Source of the DNA: a virus
Taxonomy: Duplodnaviria > Caudoviricetes
IMG/VR virus record: IMGVR_UViG_3300035498_000530
Location: 64,001-128,000 of that record
Length of the DNA: 64,000 bases
Reading direction: 5' to 3' (one strand)
In this document: positions 18,864 to 28,455 of the stretch, in pieces
Position numbering within the stretch: position 1 is the stretch's first letter
Layout of the letters: each line of letters begins with the position of its first letter
The notes under the pieces: model-generated
What the model saw: the letters and a program-made list of their open reading frames with translations, nothing else
What the model was told of the DNA's origin: nothing
The model's database searches: none
Program-made: the position numbers and the translations under genes

Positions 18864-21800
18864 TTATTGTAACTTCTTTTCATGAAGCATTGGTTCGTAT
18901 TTAATACCCATTATATCTTTTACAGACCTTGCCAATTCTACAAGAACTTTATTTATACCACCAGATACTTCAATAGAACATACCATTCTACTACTTACTG
19001 AAAGTGTAGATAAGAATAAGTCTATTGGTTCTTCTGGTCTGAATGAACTATATGGTTCTTTTCCTTCTGGGAATATATCTTTACAAACAGCTTTAAGAGC
19101 TGACTGAGTAACAAGCTTATCACCTACAGAGAAGTCATCTTGGTACTTAATGTAAAATTCAATCTTAACACCATCTGAAGTATCCTTTAATTTACCAGTT
19201 GGAGCAAGTTTTTCATCTGAACCAAAGTTTGGAGTTACAGCATAATCATTAACAGATCCTTTAGCTGCTTTCTTTAATTTCTTAACTCCAGATTCATAAG
19301 AATTACATATCTTCTTCAATGAAGGAGATAATTCTTCTGTATCTACAGTTCTATATACTTTAATATCTTGTACAATACCGGTATTCTTAGACTTTATAGG
19401 AATTCTACCGATATCTGATACTATTTCTTCATCATCAGAAAGTTGTTTAAGAAGAGCATTCATATCATCTTCATCAAATGTATTCTGGAATAATATGAGT
19501 GTTTCGCCTTCCTGAATATTCTGTCCTTTCTTTACCATAGATAATACATTTGTCGTCTTAGGTAAAGTTACTTCTTTCTTTACTACTACATCTGAAGACA
19601 ATGCTTTAGATAACCATGGTGATACAATACCAGAGTCTTCATAACCTTCATCTGTAGTTATAATAGCTACTTTAGCAAGAGTACCTATCTTATATCCTAT
19701 ACTATTAGGATTTCCTATTTCATTGGAATATGATGATTTATCATATGCTAATATCTGATTTGGTTTTACTTTAGATCCTTTCTTTAAGTCAGAATCTAAC
19801 TTAAGAGTTACATAGAAACCACCATCAGAGTTCTTTTCAACTCTTTCTCTAAGATCTATAAACTCTGTTGTATTATTATTATATTTCACTTTAAGATATT
19901 CTGGAGTTGCTTCTATTACTTCTCCAGCACCTTTAGCCTTATGAGCAAATATATCTGTAGTCAAATATGGTAATGCTTCGTCTGCACCATTGGTAATCAA
20001 TGCAGGAGAAGATTTTCTAACTCTCATACCATGTTTTGCTGTCTGTACAAATGTCATAGCAGATCTAAATGGATCATCATGCGTAGTACCAAATGGAGTA
20101 AGTGCTTCTGTCATACACATAGATTTAACACTACCCATATCTTCTTTAGATCCAGATTTTAAATATCCTCTACTATTACCAACACCCATATCTATAGTAG
20201 CCTGTCTAGTAATACCTACATTGCCAGCAAAACCAGTAGACATAGCTAATACATTTGTCATTGAATCGTCAAACGTACGTTTATCAAGACCATAGCTTCT
20301 TTCTGAGTTCATACCAGATAATCCCTTAAAGGTTACTGCATTAGAAGTCTCTATTTCAAGAAGTGGTGTAAGAATAGATGCATCTGCCATCGTAGGATCA
20401 AGCATTACAAGATCTATTACAGCAGACTGTTTCATAGTCATAGGAGCTTTTTTAGTTCTCTTTAATTGATTTCTATAAGCACCATATGATTGTGCTAAAG
20501 CTTTATATACATAACCAGCAACAATTTCATTCTTTCTAAATCTATTACCAGATATATCTACATGCTTATTATATTTATTATCAGTAAGTAATCCATTAGC
20601 ATAAGCCAATGCTGTTACATAATCTGACGGTAAATCAAAGTCTTTACATACAGATACCGTTATAGGATCCATCATCAAATCATAGAAGTTATCAAGACCA
20701 TCTGCTTTAATTCTTCCACCAAAGTTATCTAACTGTTCTACCCATGTAGATTTCTTATTAAGATCTGCTATACTCATTTCATTAGTATCACATATTCTAA
20801 GACCATTCATAAGAAGATCTGCACTTGCTGTTGATTCATAATATAATAAACCATCTTTAAATTTGATTTTATCATACATACTAGTTTCAAAGTCAGGATT
20901 CTTCTTTTCAAAAAGTCTATAATTTATATTAGCTTTATTAAGAGCTGATACCAATCCTTCAGCATGAGCCATAACTACTATAGTTGGTATCTTTGAATCA
21001 AGAATACTACAAACTGAATAAGCACAGTTGCTTGGTGCTGAAGTATCATCATAATCTCTTTGGAATTCTTCGCTAGATTGACATAATAAGTTAACTAAAT
21101 ATGTTGAGAATCTATCTCCAGATTCTTGACCAAAATATAATAACTTACTATTCTCTTTAGTGTAAACAACTGGAATACCATATTTTAAATCATACTTATA
21201 ATTCTTTCTGATCTCATCTTGGTTAAGATATATAATAAAATCTTTAGTTTCAATTTTACTAAATGCTCTTCCTATATCTACATAATCCATTGGAAGATCG
21301 TATTTAATAGATATCTTTTCTGTATTACCTTCGGTAGCATCAATATCTTTATATCTATTCTTTGTAAGAAGCTTAATTACTTTATTAGCAGCTACATTAG
21401 ATTTACCAACAGAATTATTTTGTATCTGCAAGAAAATCTTATTATAGTTTGATACAATTTGGCATACATCTGGGTCTGTTTTTATTATTGGTAATAATAA
21501 TAATTGACCCTGGATTGATTTTAGGTTGCCTCTGAGCCTCATAAACTGATTGTCTACGAACAGTGGAACGTCAAATTTGAGCTTGAAGCGCTGTCCAAGT
21601 GCATCTTCACAGTCAAGTGTCCAAGTCTCTATTAAATCCTCAGATGTGGATGTATTTTGTACATCCATAGATCTAACCACTACAGGTATAGTTTTATCTT
21701 TAAAGCTATTTATAATCTTTACAATATCTTCATTTATATCATAAGTCTCATTAAATTTAGCATAACTAAGATGTTTCCATTCTTCATTAATACTATCCAC

Positions 21801-23363
21801 AGGAACAGAAGTTTCTTTAATCTCTTTAGGTTTATCTTCTTCAAGATAATCTTTTACTGTTTTATTATGGACTTTAATATTATCAAAAGATTTACCTACT
21901 TCAGATAATCTCTTACTTCGAGCAGCATTTATCTTAATAGTATTTTCTTCATCTTCTGATACTGTATCCATAATTTTAGATATATATTCATTATTAGATA
22001 ATTTATCTACAGCATCTTCTACAGAATTACTAGAATTAGCCACAGCTTTAATATTATCCAATAATTCTTCCTTAAGTTCATCAGATATTTCTTTCTTAGC
22101 TTTAGTTTCATTCTTATTAATATTTGTAGTTTTTTCTGGTCTTGCTTTCTTTACACTTGTTTGCTTTTTATTATCTGGAGACATAGAAAGTACTGATATT
22201 TCTTTTGGCTTAATTGTTCCAGATTTACCAGTAAGTCCTTTATACTTAATTGGTCTTTCATTATTTTCAAGACTATCAGTAATAGTTGCAATAATAACTT
22301 TTGGAGAATCTGTATCTGGGTCTCCTAAATCATCTGTATTTGCATCTTTTGCTATTACTCTTTTTATAAGATTAATGAACTTTATAGATTTAGTTTTATC
22401 AAAGTCTTTAAAATCCATCTTAAAGTAATTATTTTCTCCTACGAAGATTATATTAAATCCTTTAAGGGTTTCTTGGACATGTTCTGGATATCTATAAGCC
22501 ATTCTTATTATAACTGATACTGGATTAATAGTTTTCTTATAATCCCACATATTACCATTCTTAATATTCCAATCCAATATAGGAATAAATATAGTTTTAT
22601 GTGTATATCCATATTGATCATATCTGCCATCATTAAGAAGTCTTATCATAAAATCATAATAAAGCTGTACAGCTTTGTCAGCTTTCCAGAAATTATTCTT
22701 AAAGAATGCTTCAGTATAATATGATAAATCAGCAAATAAGTTAAGTCCTTTATATAATTTAAGATTACTAAAAGTCTTCATTATAAATGGACATTCAGCT
22801 TTAACCTCTTTGTATATATCAAATACATTCTTATTAGTTTTAAGTCTTTCATTATATAATAACTTTCTTAATTGTGTATCATTCTTACCGTCTTCGGTTA
22901 AATATGCATCTCTAAATATAGTAATAGCATTTCTTCCTCTGAGATATTCATCTGTCATTTCACAATCTTTAGATATAAATGTAGGTCTATAATCTATATC
23001 TTCATTTACAGATTCTACATTATTTATTATATCTGAATTATATAATAAATCTTCAACAGATTCTTCTAATTCTACCGATTCAGAATCTGGATATAATATA
23101 TTATATCTATTATCTACTGGAGCAGATTCCTGTAGATAATTCTTACTGTTTATATAATAAGTAACATCTTTATCAAGATAGTAAGCCTGATAAGATTTTG
23201 CTCTATTTATAAACATTGGATTTTTCATAAGATTAATACTAGATTTAAAATTTGGAGTCAATAAGTAAATCATAGCACCATGTTTCTTATCATTCTCGTT
23301 TATTGGTAATAAGCATTTCTTCTTAAGTAATTTATTTGGAATTACTTCATCTAAAAATAGCAT
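18864..23363 (-). CDS. Multisubunit RNA polymerase beta subunit (split, N-terminal/main part; probably the virion RNAP)
   Basis: GNVGITRQ, TPFGTTHDDPFRSAMTFVQ, GYEDSGIVS, VGDKL, PIDLFLSTLSVSSRM; ends before the beta C-terminus; late-type promoter AACT-ATAAAA-TA upstream. Confidence 0.9.
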   Translation of the reverse strand: MLFLDEVIPNKLLKKKCLLPINENDKKHGAMIYLLTPNFKSSINLMKNPMFINRAKSYQAYYLDKDVTYYINSKNYLQESAPVDNRYNILYPDSESVELEESVEDLLYNSDIINNVESVNEDIDYRPTFISKDCEMTDEYLRGRNAITIFRDAYLTEDGKNDTQLRKLLYNERLKTNKNVFDIYKEVKAECPFIMKTFSNLKLYKGLNLFADLSYYTEAFFKNNFWKADKAVQLYYDFMIRLLNDGRYDQYGYTHKTIFIPILDWNIKNGNMWDYKKTINPVSVIIRMAYRYPEHVQETLKGFNIIFVGENNYFKMDFKDFDKTKSIKFINLIKRVIAKDANTDDLGDPDTDSPKVIIATITDSLENNERPIKYKGLTGKSGTIKPKEISVLSMSPDNKKQTSVKKARPEKTTNINKNETKAKKEISDELKEELLDNIKAVANSSNSVEDAVDKLSNNEYISKIMDTVSEDEENTIKINAARSKRLSEVGKSFDNIKVHNKTVKDYLEEDKPKEIKETSVPVDSINEEWKHLSYAKFNETYDINEDIVKIINSFKDKTIPVVVRSMDVQNTSTSEDLIETWTLDCEDALGQRFKLKFDVPLFVDNQFMRLRGNLKSIQGQLLLLPIIKTDPDVCQIVSNYNKIFLQIQNNSVGKSNVAANKVIKLLTKNRYKDIDATEGNTEKISIKYDLPMDYVDIGRAFSKIETKDFIIYLNQDEIRKNYKYDLKYGIPVVYTKENSKLLYFGQESGDRFSTYLVNLLCQSSEEFQRDYDDTSAPSNCAYSVCSILDSKIPTIVVMAHAEGLVSALNKANINYRLFEKKNPDFETSMYDKIKFKDGLLYYESTASADLLMNGLRICDTNEMSIADLNKKSTWVEQLDNFGGRIKADGLDNFYDLMMDPITVSVCKDFDLPSDYVTALAYANGLLTDNKYNKHVDISGNRFRKNEIVAGYVYKALAQSYGAYRNQLKRTKKAPMTMKQSAVIDLVMLDPTMADASILTPLLEIETSNAVTFKGLSGMNSERSYGLDKRTFDDSMTNVLAMSTGFAGNVGITRQATIDMGVGNSRGYLKSGSKEDMGSVKSMCMTEALTPFGTTHDDPFRSAMTFVQTAKHGMRVRKSSPALITNGADEALPYLTTDIFAHKAKGAGEVIEATPEYLKVKYNNNTTEFIDLRERVEKNSDGGFYVTLKLDSDLKKGSKVKPNQILAYDKSSYSNEIGNPNSIGYKIGTLAKVAIITTDEGYEDSGIVSPWLSKALSSDVVVKKEVTLPKTTNVLSMVKKGQNIQEGETLILFQNTFDEDDMNALLKQLSDDEEIVSDIGRIPIKSKNTGIVQDIKVYRTVDTEELSPSLKKICNSYESGVKKLKKAAKGSVNDYAVTPNFGSDEKLAPTGKLKDTSDGVKIEFYIKYQDDFSVGDKLVTQSALKAVCKDIFPEGKEPYSSFRPEEPIDLFLSTLSVSSRMVCSIEVSGGINKVLVELARSVKDIMGIKYEPMLHEKKLQ

Positions 23364-23407
23364 ATACTTACCTCCTTTAATTTATCTTATTTTATAGTTC
23401 AATTTGC

Positions 23408-23774
23408 AAAAAAGGATGAGATAGGCATTTCTGCCTATCTCATAGAGGTGTTCATTTAGGTTAAATAATATATATCATATCATAGTCAGTGTCTGGAACA
23501 TTGTGTGCGATTGTCTATATTATTTTAATTTTTCGGAGGTTAACTTTTGTAATTGAAAGCAATTCGTGAAATTTTTAGTTATTGCACCGAAAGCGTTGTT
23601 ATATTTTGGCATTTATTGTTTGTTTTTATTTAACCTAAATGTGAAAAATGTCTATAGATTATATTTATCTCAATTATATATCTATCTTTTGTGCATTATT
23701 TATAAATACTACATAATTGTGTACGCAGGTTTTAAAAGGAAACTTTGTAGTATCTGATCCTATATAATCTATTT
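23408..23774 (-). ncRNA. Candidate structured RNA (~370 nt)
   Basis: Promoter AACA-TCTAAT-TA (+1 at 23774); stems 23654-64/23762-72 (11 bp) and 23453-68/23626-41 (16 bp); terminator 23416-23443. Confidence 0.65.
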
Positions 23775-23799
23775 AATTAGATGTTAAGTTTGGAATTAT

Positions 23800-24205
23800 C
23801 AGATTTGGTTTTCCCTCTCTCCCCCCTTACACCCCCCTCTCTCTCTTTCCATCTTAATTTTTATTATACTATATTATGCCTCATTGGACTTTTACTATAT
23901 TATTTTATCCTTCTCTCTTTTATACGTTTATTTCTTAAGTATTATTATTTTATTACCAATTGGTATATTACTATCTGCTCGCTCGGCGCTCGCTTTAGGG
24001 TTTTCTTTTTCTATACCTATTGGGCTCTCTACTGTTTGATTTTACCCCCCTACCCCCCATGGTAACTTTTTACCATGAGGAGTAATGAGTGATTTGCTAT
24101 CCAAAAACTGGTACCAATATAGATACTATAGCCCCTATGGAATCTATCTTTGAAATATACGGTAGGTCTCCAGTCCAACACAATAGCCAGTCCGTCGCTC
24201 TCTAT
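23800..24205 (-). other. G-rich non-coding element at the divergence point; candidate replication origin / primer RNA
   Basis: C-runs on + at 23813-23846 and 24045-24058; GC-rich CTGCTCGCTCGGCGCTCGCT at 23975-23994; promoter AACT-AAAAAG-TA (+1 at 24205). Confidence 0.4.
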
Positions 24206-24235
24206 ACTTTTTAGTTATGTACTAAGTATTTTTTT

Positions 24236-24434
24236 ACAAAAGAGGACCAGGTAGTCCGAGTGACTACCTGGATTTTTTGGATGTTTGAGATCCACATTTT
24301 GGCTGAGTGTGTTAATTTGTGTTTCTCTTTGTTGACATGAACTAAGAAAGGAACAAACCTTGATGTGCGTAAACAAGTGAAAATTACATTCCGAGAAGGT
24401 ACTTTTAAATAGCAATCATATAATAATCCCTTGT
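24236..24434 (-). ncRNA. Candidate small RNA (~200 nt)
   Basis: Promoter AACA-TTATAA-TA (+1 at 24434); terminator 24247-24271; anti-SD GUUCCUUUCUUAG. Confidence 0.55.
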
Positions 24435-24455
24435 ATTATAATGTTATGTACTGTA

Positions 24456-24967
24456 TAAAATAAAACCCGAAGGATTTTTATTATCCTTCGGGCATAATAT
24501 TATTGATTGCTGAAATAATTGTTATTGTTAGCATAGAACTATGCTTGTATAAATATAATTTTACTTATTATTTTTCCGCATATTAAATTACTATAGTTAT
24601 AATCTGCTGTCTCGCACGAAATATAGGTACTATTATATAGTAGTATTTCATATAAGCGTTTTTGTTATTCACACTAAATAAAGCAATTAATATTTTTGTT
24701 TTTGTTTTTGAAAGTTACTGTTAATTGGGGACAAAAACCCTTGCTATGTCTTTGCTTTATAATAGTAGTTATGAGTAATAACATGTGAGTGTTTTTTATG
24801 TTTTTACGCATAGTTTCAGCAATAAATATTATGGATACTTGATACTTTGACTATAGATTTATGACGTTCCCCTCTTTGAAAATGATTGAACTTACTTAGT
24901 TCTTTAGTGTAATTACTTTATGAGATTGCTAAATCACAATTTTTTCGGTCAAATTATTTTTATACCT
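24456..24967 (-). ncRNA. Candidate long structured RNA (~510 nt)
   Basis: Promoter AACA-ATATAG-TA (+1 at 24967); long bulged stem 24493-24515/24814-24833; terminator 24466-24492; no ORF of 60 aa or more. Confidence 0.6.
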
Positions 24968-25002
24968 ACTATATTGTTAAGATACATATTAAAATATAAA
25001 TA

Positions 25003-25054
25003 TATATTATAAACCTGTAATGTAATAAATATATATTACAAAAACTATACAATA
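25003..25054 (+). promoter_or_regulatory. Rightward promoter cluster
   Basis: TATATTATA (25003-25011), TATATTAC (25032-25039), AACT-ATACAA-TA (25043-25054). Confidence 0.6.
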
Positions 25055-25072
25055 AGAAAGAGGTGATCTAAA

Positions 25073-25192
25073 TTGACTAAGAAGGACTTTTTAGACATAA
25101 TAACAACTTATGACCCGAAAGAACTAAATGATCTAATCAAAGAGAAGGGTAAAAAGCCTAAAATCATAACCCCAATTATATTCTTTGATTGA
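25073..25192 (+). CDS. Small protein (39 aa), below the ORF-track cutoff
   Basis: SD GAGGTGA, TTG start, MTKKDFLDIITTYDPKELNDLIKEKGKKPKIITPIIFFD. Confidence 0.7.
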   Translation: MTKKDFLDIITTYDPKELNDLIKEKGKKPKIITPIIFFD

Positions 25193-25237
25193 TATATAGA
25201 TCAAGAGAGGGTAAATAATAGAAAGGAAAGATAACTT

Positions 25238-25516
25238 ATGAAATCAAAAATTAATAAAACAGTACTTACAGCTGAAGAATATGTAATGTTTATTACTGAA
25301 AAATCTCATACTCTTAATACCAAAGAGGATGATGAAATTCAGATAGAAAAAATTTTAAACGATGAAGGATATGATATATGGTCTTATCCTTTAGATGAAG
25401 TTGACGAGGCTATGGAAAATAATGATCATATTGCTCTTGTTAAGCTTAATCATTATAGGAATGGTAAAGTCAGCTATTCTGAACATAGATGGTACGAGGT
25501 ACCAATATTAGACTAA
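25238..25516 (+). CDS. Hypothetical protein
   Basis: 92-aa ORF with SD GAAAGGA. Confidence 0.75.
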   Translation: MKSKINKTVLTAEEYVMFITEKSHTLNTKEDDEIQIEKILNDEGYDIWSYPLDEVDEAMENNDHIALVKLNHYRNGKVSYSEHRWYEVPILD

Positions 25517-25539
25517 TATTTACTTAAAGGAGAAAACAC

Positions 25540-25836
25540 ATGAAAAGAAATATAGATTATAATAGAATAAAAAAGAGTCATGTCATTTTTAATGACATCA
25601 AAGGAAACGAATATGAAGGAGAATTTACTTCAGAAAGAGTAGAAAGAACAACAGTTCCAGAAGGATTATATACCTATGAATGTAGGCATAATGATGATGG
25701 ATATGTTGATGTTCCTGCAACTATTGAAGACAAAGTCTTTGTAAACTTCTGTGGAACTTTCTTTACAGATAAGAAAGTGTATTTCCCAGATAAGATGGAC
25801 CATTGTATTGTAATAGACAAAATAAACTACAAGTAA
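25540..25836 (+). CDS. LPD28-like (large polyvalent protein-associated domain) protein
   Basis: FTSERVERTTVPEGLYTYECRHNDDG...PATIEDKVFVNFCGT matches the LPD28 pattern as I recall it. Confidence 0.7.
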   Translation: MKRNIDYNRIKKSHVIFNDIKGNEYEGEFTSERVERTTVPEGLYTYECRHNDDGYVDVPATIEDKVFVNFCGTFFTDKKVYFPDKMDHCIVIDKINYK

Positions 25837-25904
25837 GAAAACTATCCCCTAAGGAATTTACTATGTTCCTTAGGGAGTTTTATATATCATAGGAGGAATT
25901 AATT

Positions 25905-27107
25905 ATGAAAAAGAGAATTGCAAAATACGATTCCGATCAAATGGAGCAAATCCGTTTGGGATTGGAAGATGGTCTGGATGTAAGTTGGTATGCTGATCCA
26001 AGATATGATAGCGAGCAAATGAATCGTATAAGAACTGGTCTTAAAGAAAATTTGTATGTAAAATGGTATGCAAATCCAGATTTTAACAAAATGCAAATGA
26101 GAGAAATCATGATAGGACTTAGAAATGGTTTAGATGTAAAATGGTATGCTAAACCAGAGTTTAACCAATATCAGATGGAACAGATAAGATATGGACTTGA
26201 AGAAGGACTCGATCCAAAATATTATGCTGATCCTGCATATAAGCCATATCAAATAAAACAGATCATTCTCGGATTAAAATCCAAGGTTGATGTTTCTATA
26301 TATTCAGAGATCATTGAGGTTGAAGAAGAGGAAGATAAAGAAGAAAATAATACTTCTAATCCTTATTATGCTGGTATAGCTTTATTTGGAAATTCAGAAA
26401 ATAAATCTAATGATAAGAATGAACTTTTTACTTTTGATTCTGATAATAAGAATATTGTTAATATATATAAAGGAAAGGGGGTTATAGAAGATATATGTCC
26501 CGATTTCGATATTAATATAAATGATATTATTAATAAAAATCCAGAAGATTTAACAGATGATGAAAGATCTGTATTATTGGATATTAACTTATTTAGTAAT
26601 CGTAGTAGATATCTTGATGGAGACGATTCTTTTTATCTTGATATTAAGAGAATTATTCATGAGCGATTTGGAATTGAAGATTCTGATGATTATATCCATC
26701 AGATGATTAAAATATCTAGTTTATCTGAAGAGTCAGAAGAAGATGAAGAATATGAATCTAGTGAAAAAGATTATGAAGAATCTAATGAAGATAATTCTTC
26801 ATCTGAAGACGAAGATGCTGATGATACTTCAACTACAAAAGAGTCTCCTATAAAGAAAGTATTATCTTTCTTATCAAGAGGTGCATATAACGAAGATCAA
26901 TTACATCAGATTAATTTAGGAAAAGAGCATGGAGTTGATACTTATGTATATTCTGATCCAAGACTTAATGCTAAGCAAATGAAACAGATAAGAAAAGGAT
27001 TAGAAGATGGACTTGATGTATCACTATACGCAAAAACTTGGGTTGATCATAAGTACATGAAGAAAATGAGAAAGAAACTTAAGAAAGTGCAGAAATTTTT
27101 TGAATAA
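25905..27107 (+). CDS. Repeat protein (~24-aa YAxPxFxxxQMxQIRxGLxxGLDV units) with an acidic linker
   Basis: Five N-terminal and two C-terminal repeat units. Confidence 0.85.
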   Translation: MKKRIAKYDSDQMEQIRLGLEDGLDVSWYADPRYDSEQMNRIRTGLKENLYVKWYANPDFNKMQMREIMIGLRNGLDVKWYAKPEFNQYQMEQIRYGLEEGLDPKYYADPAYKPYQIKQIILGLKSKVDVSIYSEIIEVEEEEDKEENNTSNPYYAGIALFGNSENKSNDKNELFTFDSDNKNIVNIYKGKGVIEDICPDFDININDIINKNPEDLTDDERSVLLDINLFSNRSRYLDGDDSFYLDIKRIIHERFGIEDSDDYIHQMIKISSLSEESEEDEEYESSEKDYEESNEDNSSSEDEDADDTSTTKESPIKKVLSFLSRGAYNEDQLHQINLGKEHGVDTYVYSDPRLNAKQMKQIRKGLEDGLDVSLYAKTWVDHKYMKKMRKKLKKVQKFFE

Positions 27108-27138
27108 TATGATTTTTATATAAGAAAGGAAGATTATT

Positions 27139-27966
27139 ATGGACAATACATTGAAAACATTTTATGCAGAAATAGGTACAGACGATTATATATATTCTGT
27201 ATCTCAATCAAAAGAGAAAGTATTAGCAGAAGCATTAAAAGAAAAGGGTCATTTTAAAGGAAGAGTTGCAAGGATTATAAGTATGCAACTTCCAGAAAGA
27301 GATATATATTATCAACCTATGTTAAATGTAACTCTCAATGATGGTGAACTTTTATATCAAATTTGTGAAAATGAAATTATAGATTCATGGGAAGATGCAG
27401 TAAAAAGATCTCATGAATTATATATTAAATATAATTCTAAAATTGATAAAGATTATACATTAGAAGAAGCAGTTTCTTATATGGAAGAATTAGAACCTGG
27501 TAGTGGGCTTTATATGGTTAATTTTGATGATCCTGAAAAGGTAATTAGAATAATAAGTTCATCTGAAAGAGGATGTGATATGAAATTAGGTAAGTTTTTA
27601 ACTGTAAAATTAAATGGAAAAACAATAGAGCCAATTACTTTATCTAATTTAAAGAAACGCATTGAGTCTATTAATAAAGAATCTAGAGATGATATTTCTA
27701 TAGGAATATCATATACTGTAGACCTTTTGCCAGAGGCAAAGTATAATGCCGATCAATTAAGAAAAATATTCTATGGTATTGAAAACGGTGTCGATATATC
27801 TAAATATTATGATCCAGAATTTGATGCTGATCAAATGGCTCAAATATATTTAGGCTTACAACATGGTATAGACTTATCGGTTTTAGGGCATGACTGTGAT
27901 TATACTAAAATGGAAAATATCAGGCTTCAGTTAGAAAAATTGTTAGAAAAGAAATCAGAAGAATAA
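27139..27966 (+). CDS. Family C domain fused to QMxQIxxGL repeats
   Basis: SQSKEKVL...LPERDIYYQP; C-terminal YNADQLRKIFYGIENGVDISKYYDPEFDADQMAQIYLGL. Confidence 0.85.
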   Translation: MDNTLKTFYAEIGTDDYIYSVSQSKEKVLAEALKEKGHFKGRVARIISMQLPERDIYYQPMLNVTLNDGELLYQICENEIIDSWEDAVKRSHELYIKYNSKIDKDYTLEEAVSYMEELEPGSGLYMVNFDDPEKVIRIISSSERGCDMKLGKFLTVKLNGKTIEPITLSNLKKRIESINKESRDDISIGISYTVDLLPEAKYNADQLRKIFYGIENGVDISKYYDPEFDADQMAQIYLGLQHGIDLSVLGHDCDYTKMENIRLQLEKLLEKKSEE

Positions 27967-28056
27967 ATAATTATTAAGGGCTACCAATTTGGTAGCCTTA
28001 TATTTTTTGCTACTAAGGACATTATATTAAAAATACTAAAGGAGTATAATAAAATT

Positions 28057-28440
28057 ATGAATAAGAAAAAGAAGAGAGAATTTATAAATGGTCTTGATAA
28101 GTTAGATAATGAATTGAATGATAAGATTAGCTCTATAGACAATAATGTCAGAATTATGACTCCAGAAGGAATCAATAATCAGCTTAATAAATTATCTATA
28201 GTAGAATTAGAGTATTATGCTAATAAGCTTATAGCACATGCCGATGATGATACTATAGGAAAAATATTTAATTATCTTCAAGATACATTTAATATAGGAA
28301 ACAAAGAATTTGATGTCATATGCCCTAAGAAGGATAAGAGAGAGTTAATGGATTTTACTTTAGCTTGGTTTAAGAGTAGAAACGGAGAATCCATAAAACT
28401 TCTTATACTTAAATTTAAGGCATTAGAAGCAGTAGCATAA
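28057..28440 (+). CDS. Hypothetical protein
   Basis: 127-aa ORF with SD AAGGAG. Confidence 0.75.
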   Translation: MNKKKKREFINGLDKLDNELNDKISSIDNNVRIMTPEGINNQLNKLSIVELEYYANKLIAHADDDTIGKIFNYLQDTFNIGNKEFDVICPKKDKRELMDFTLAWFKSRNGESIKLLILKFKALEAVA

Positions 28441-28455
28441 GAAAGGATAATTAAT

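Noticed and set aside
18864-23363. Group I intron or intein in the RNAP gene, as in AR9
   Set aside because: Continuous ORF with no LAGLIDADG or intein terminal motifs seen
23566-24415. ORFs 23566..23757, 23781..24065 and 24215..24415
   Set aside because: No SD, F/L/Y/I-rich composition typical of AT-rich non-coding DNA, and they cross promoters or terminators
18090-25070. tRNA, tmRNA or known ribozyme in the large intergenic gaps
   Set aside because: No cloverleaf with T-loop GTTCRA/CCA, tag ORF or hammerhead core recognised by eye; an Rfam scan is still needed
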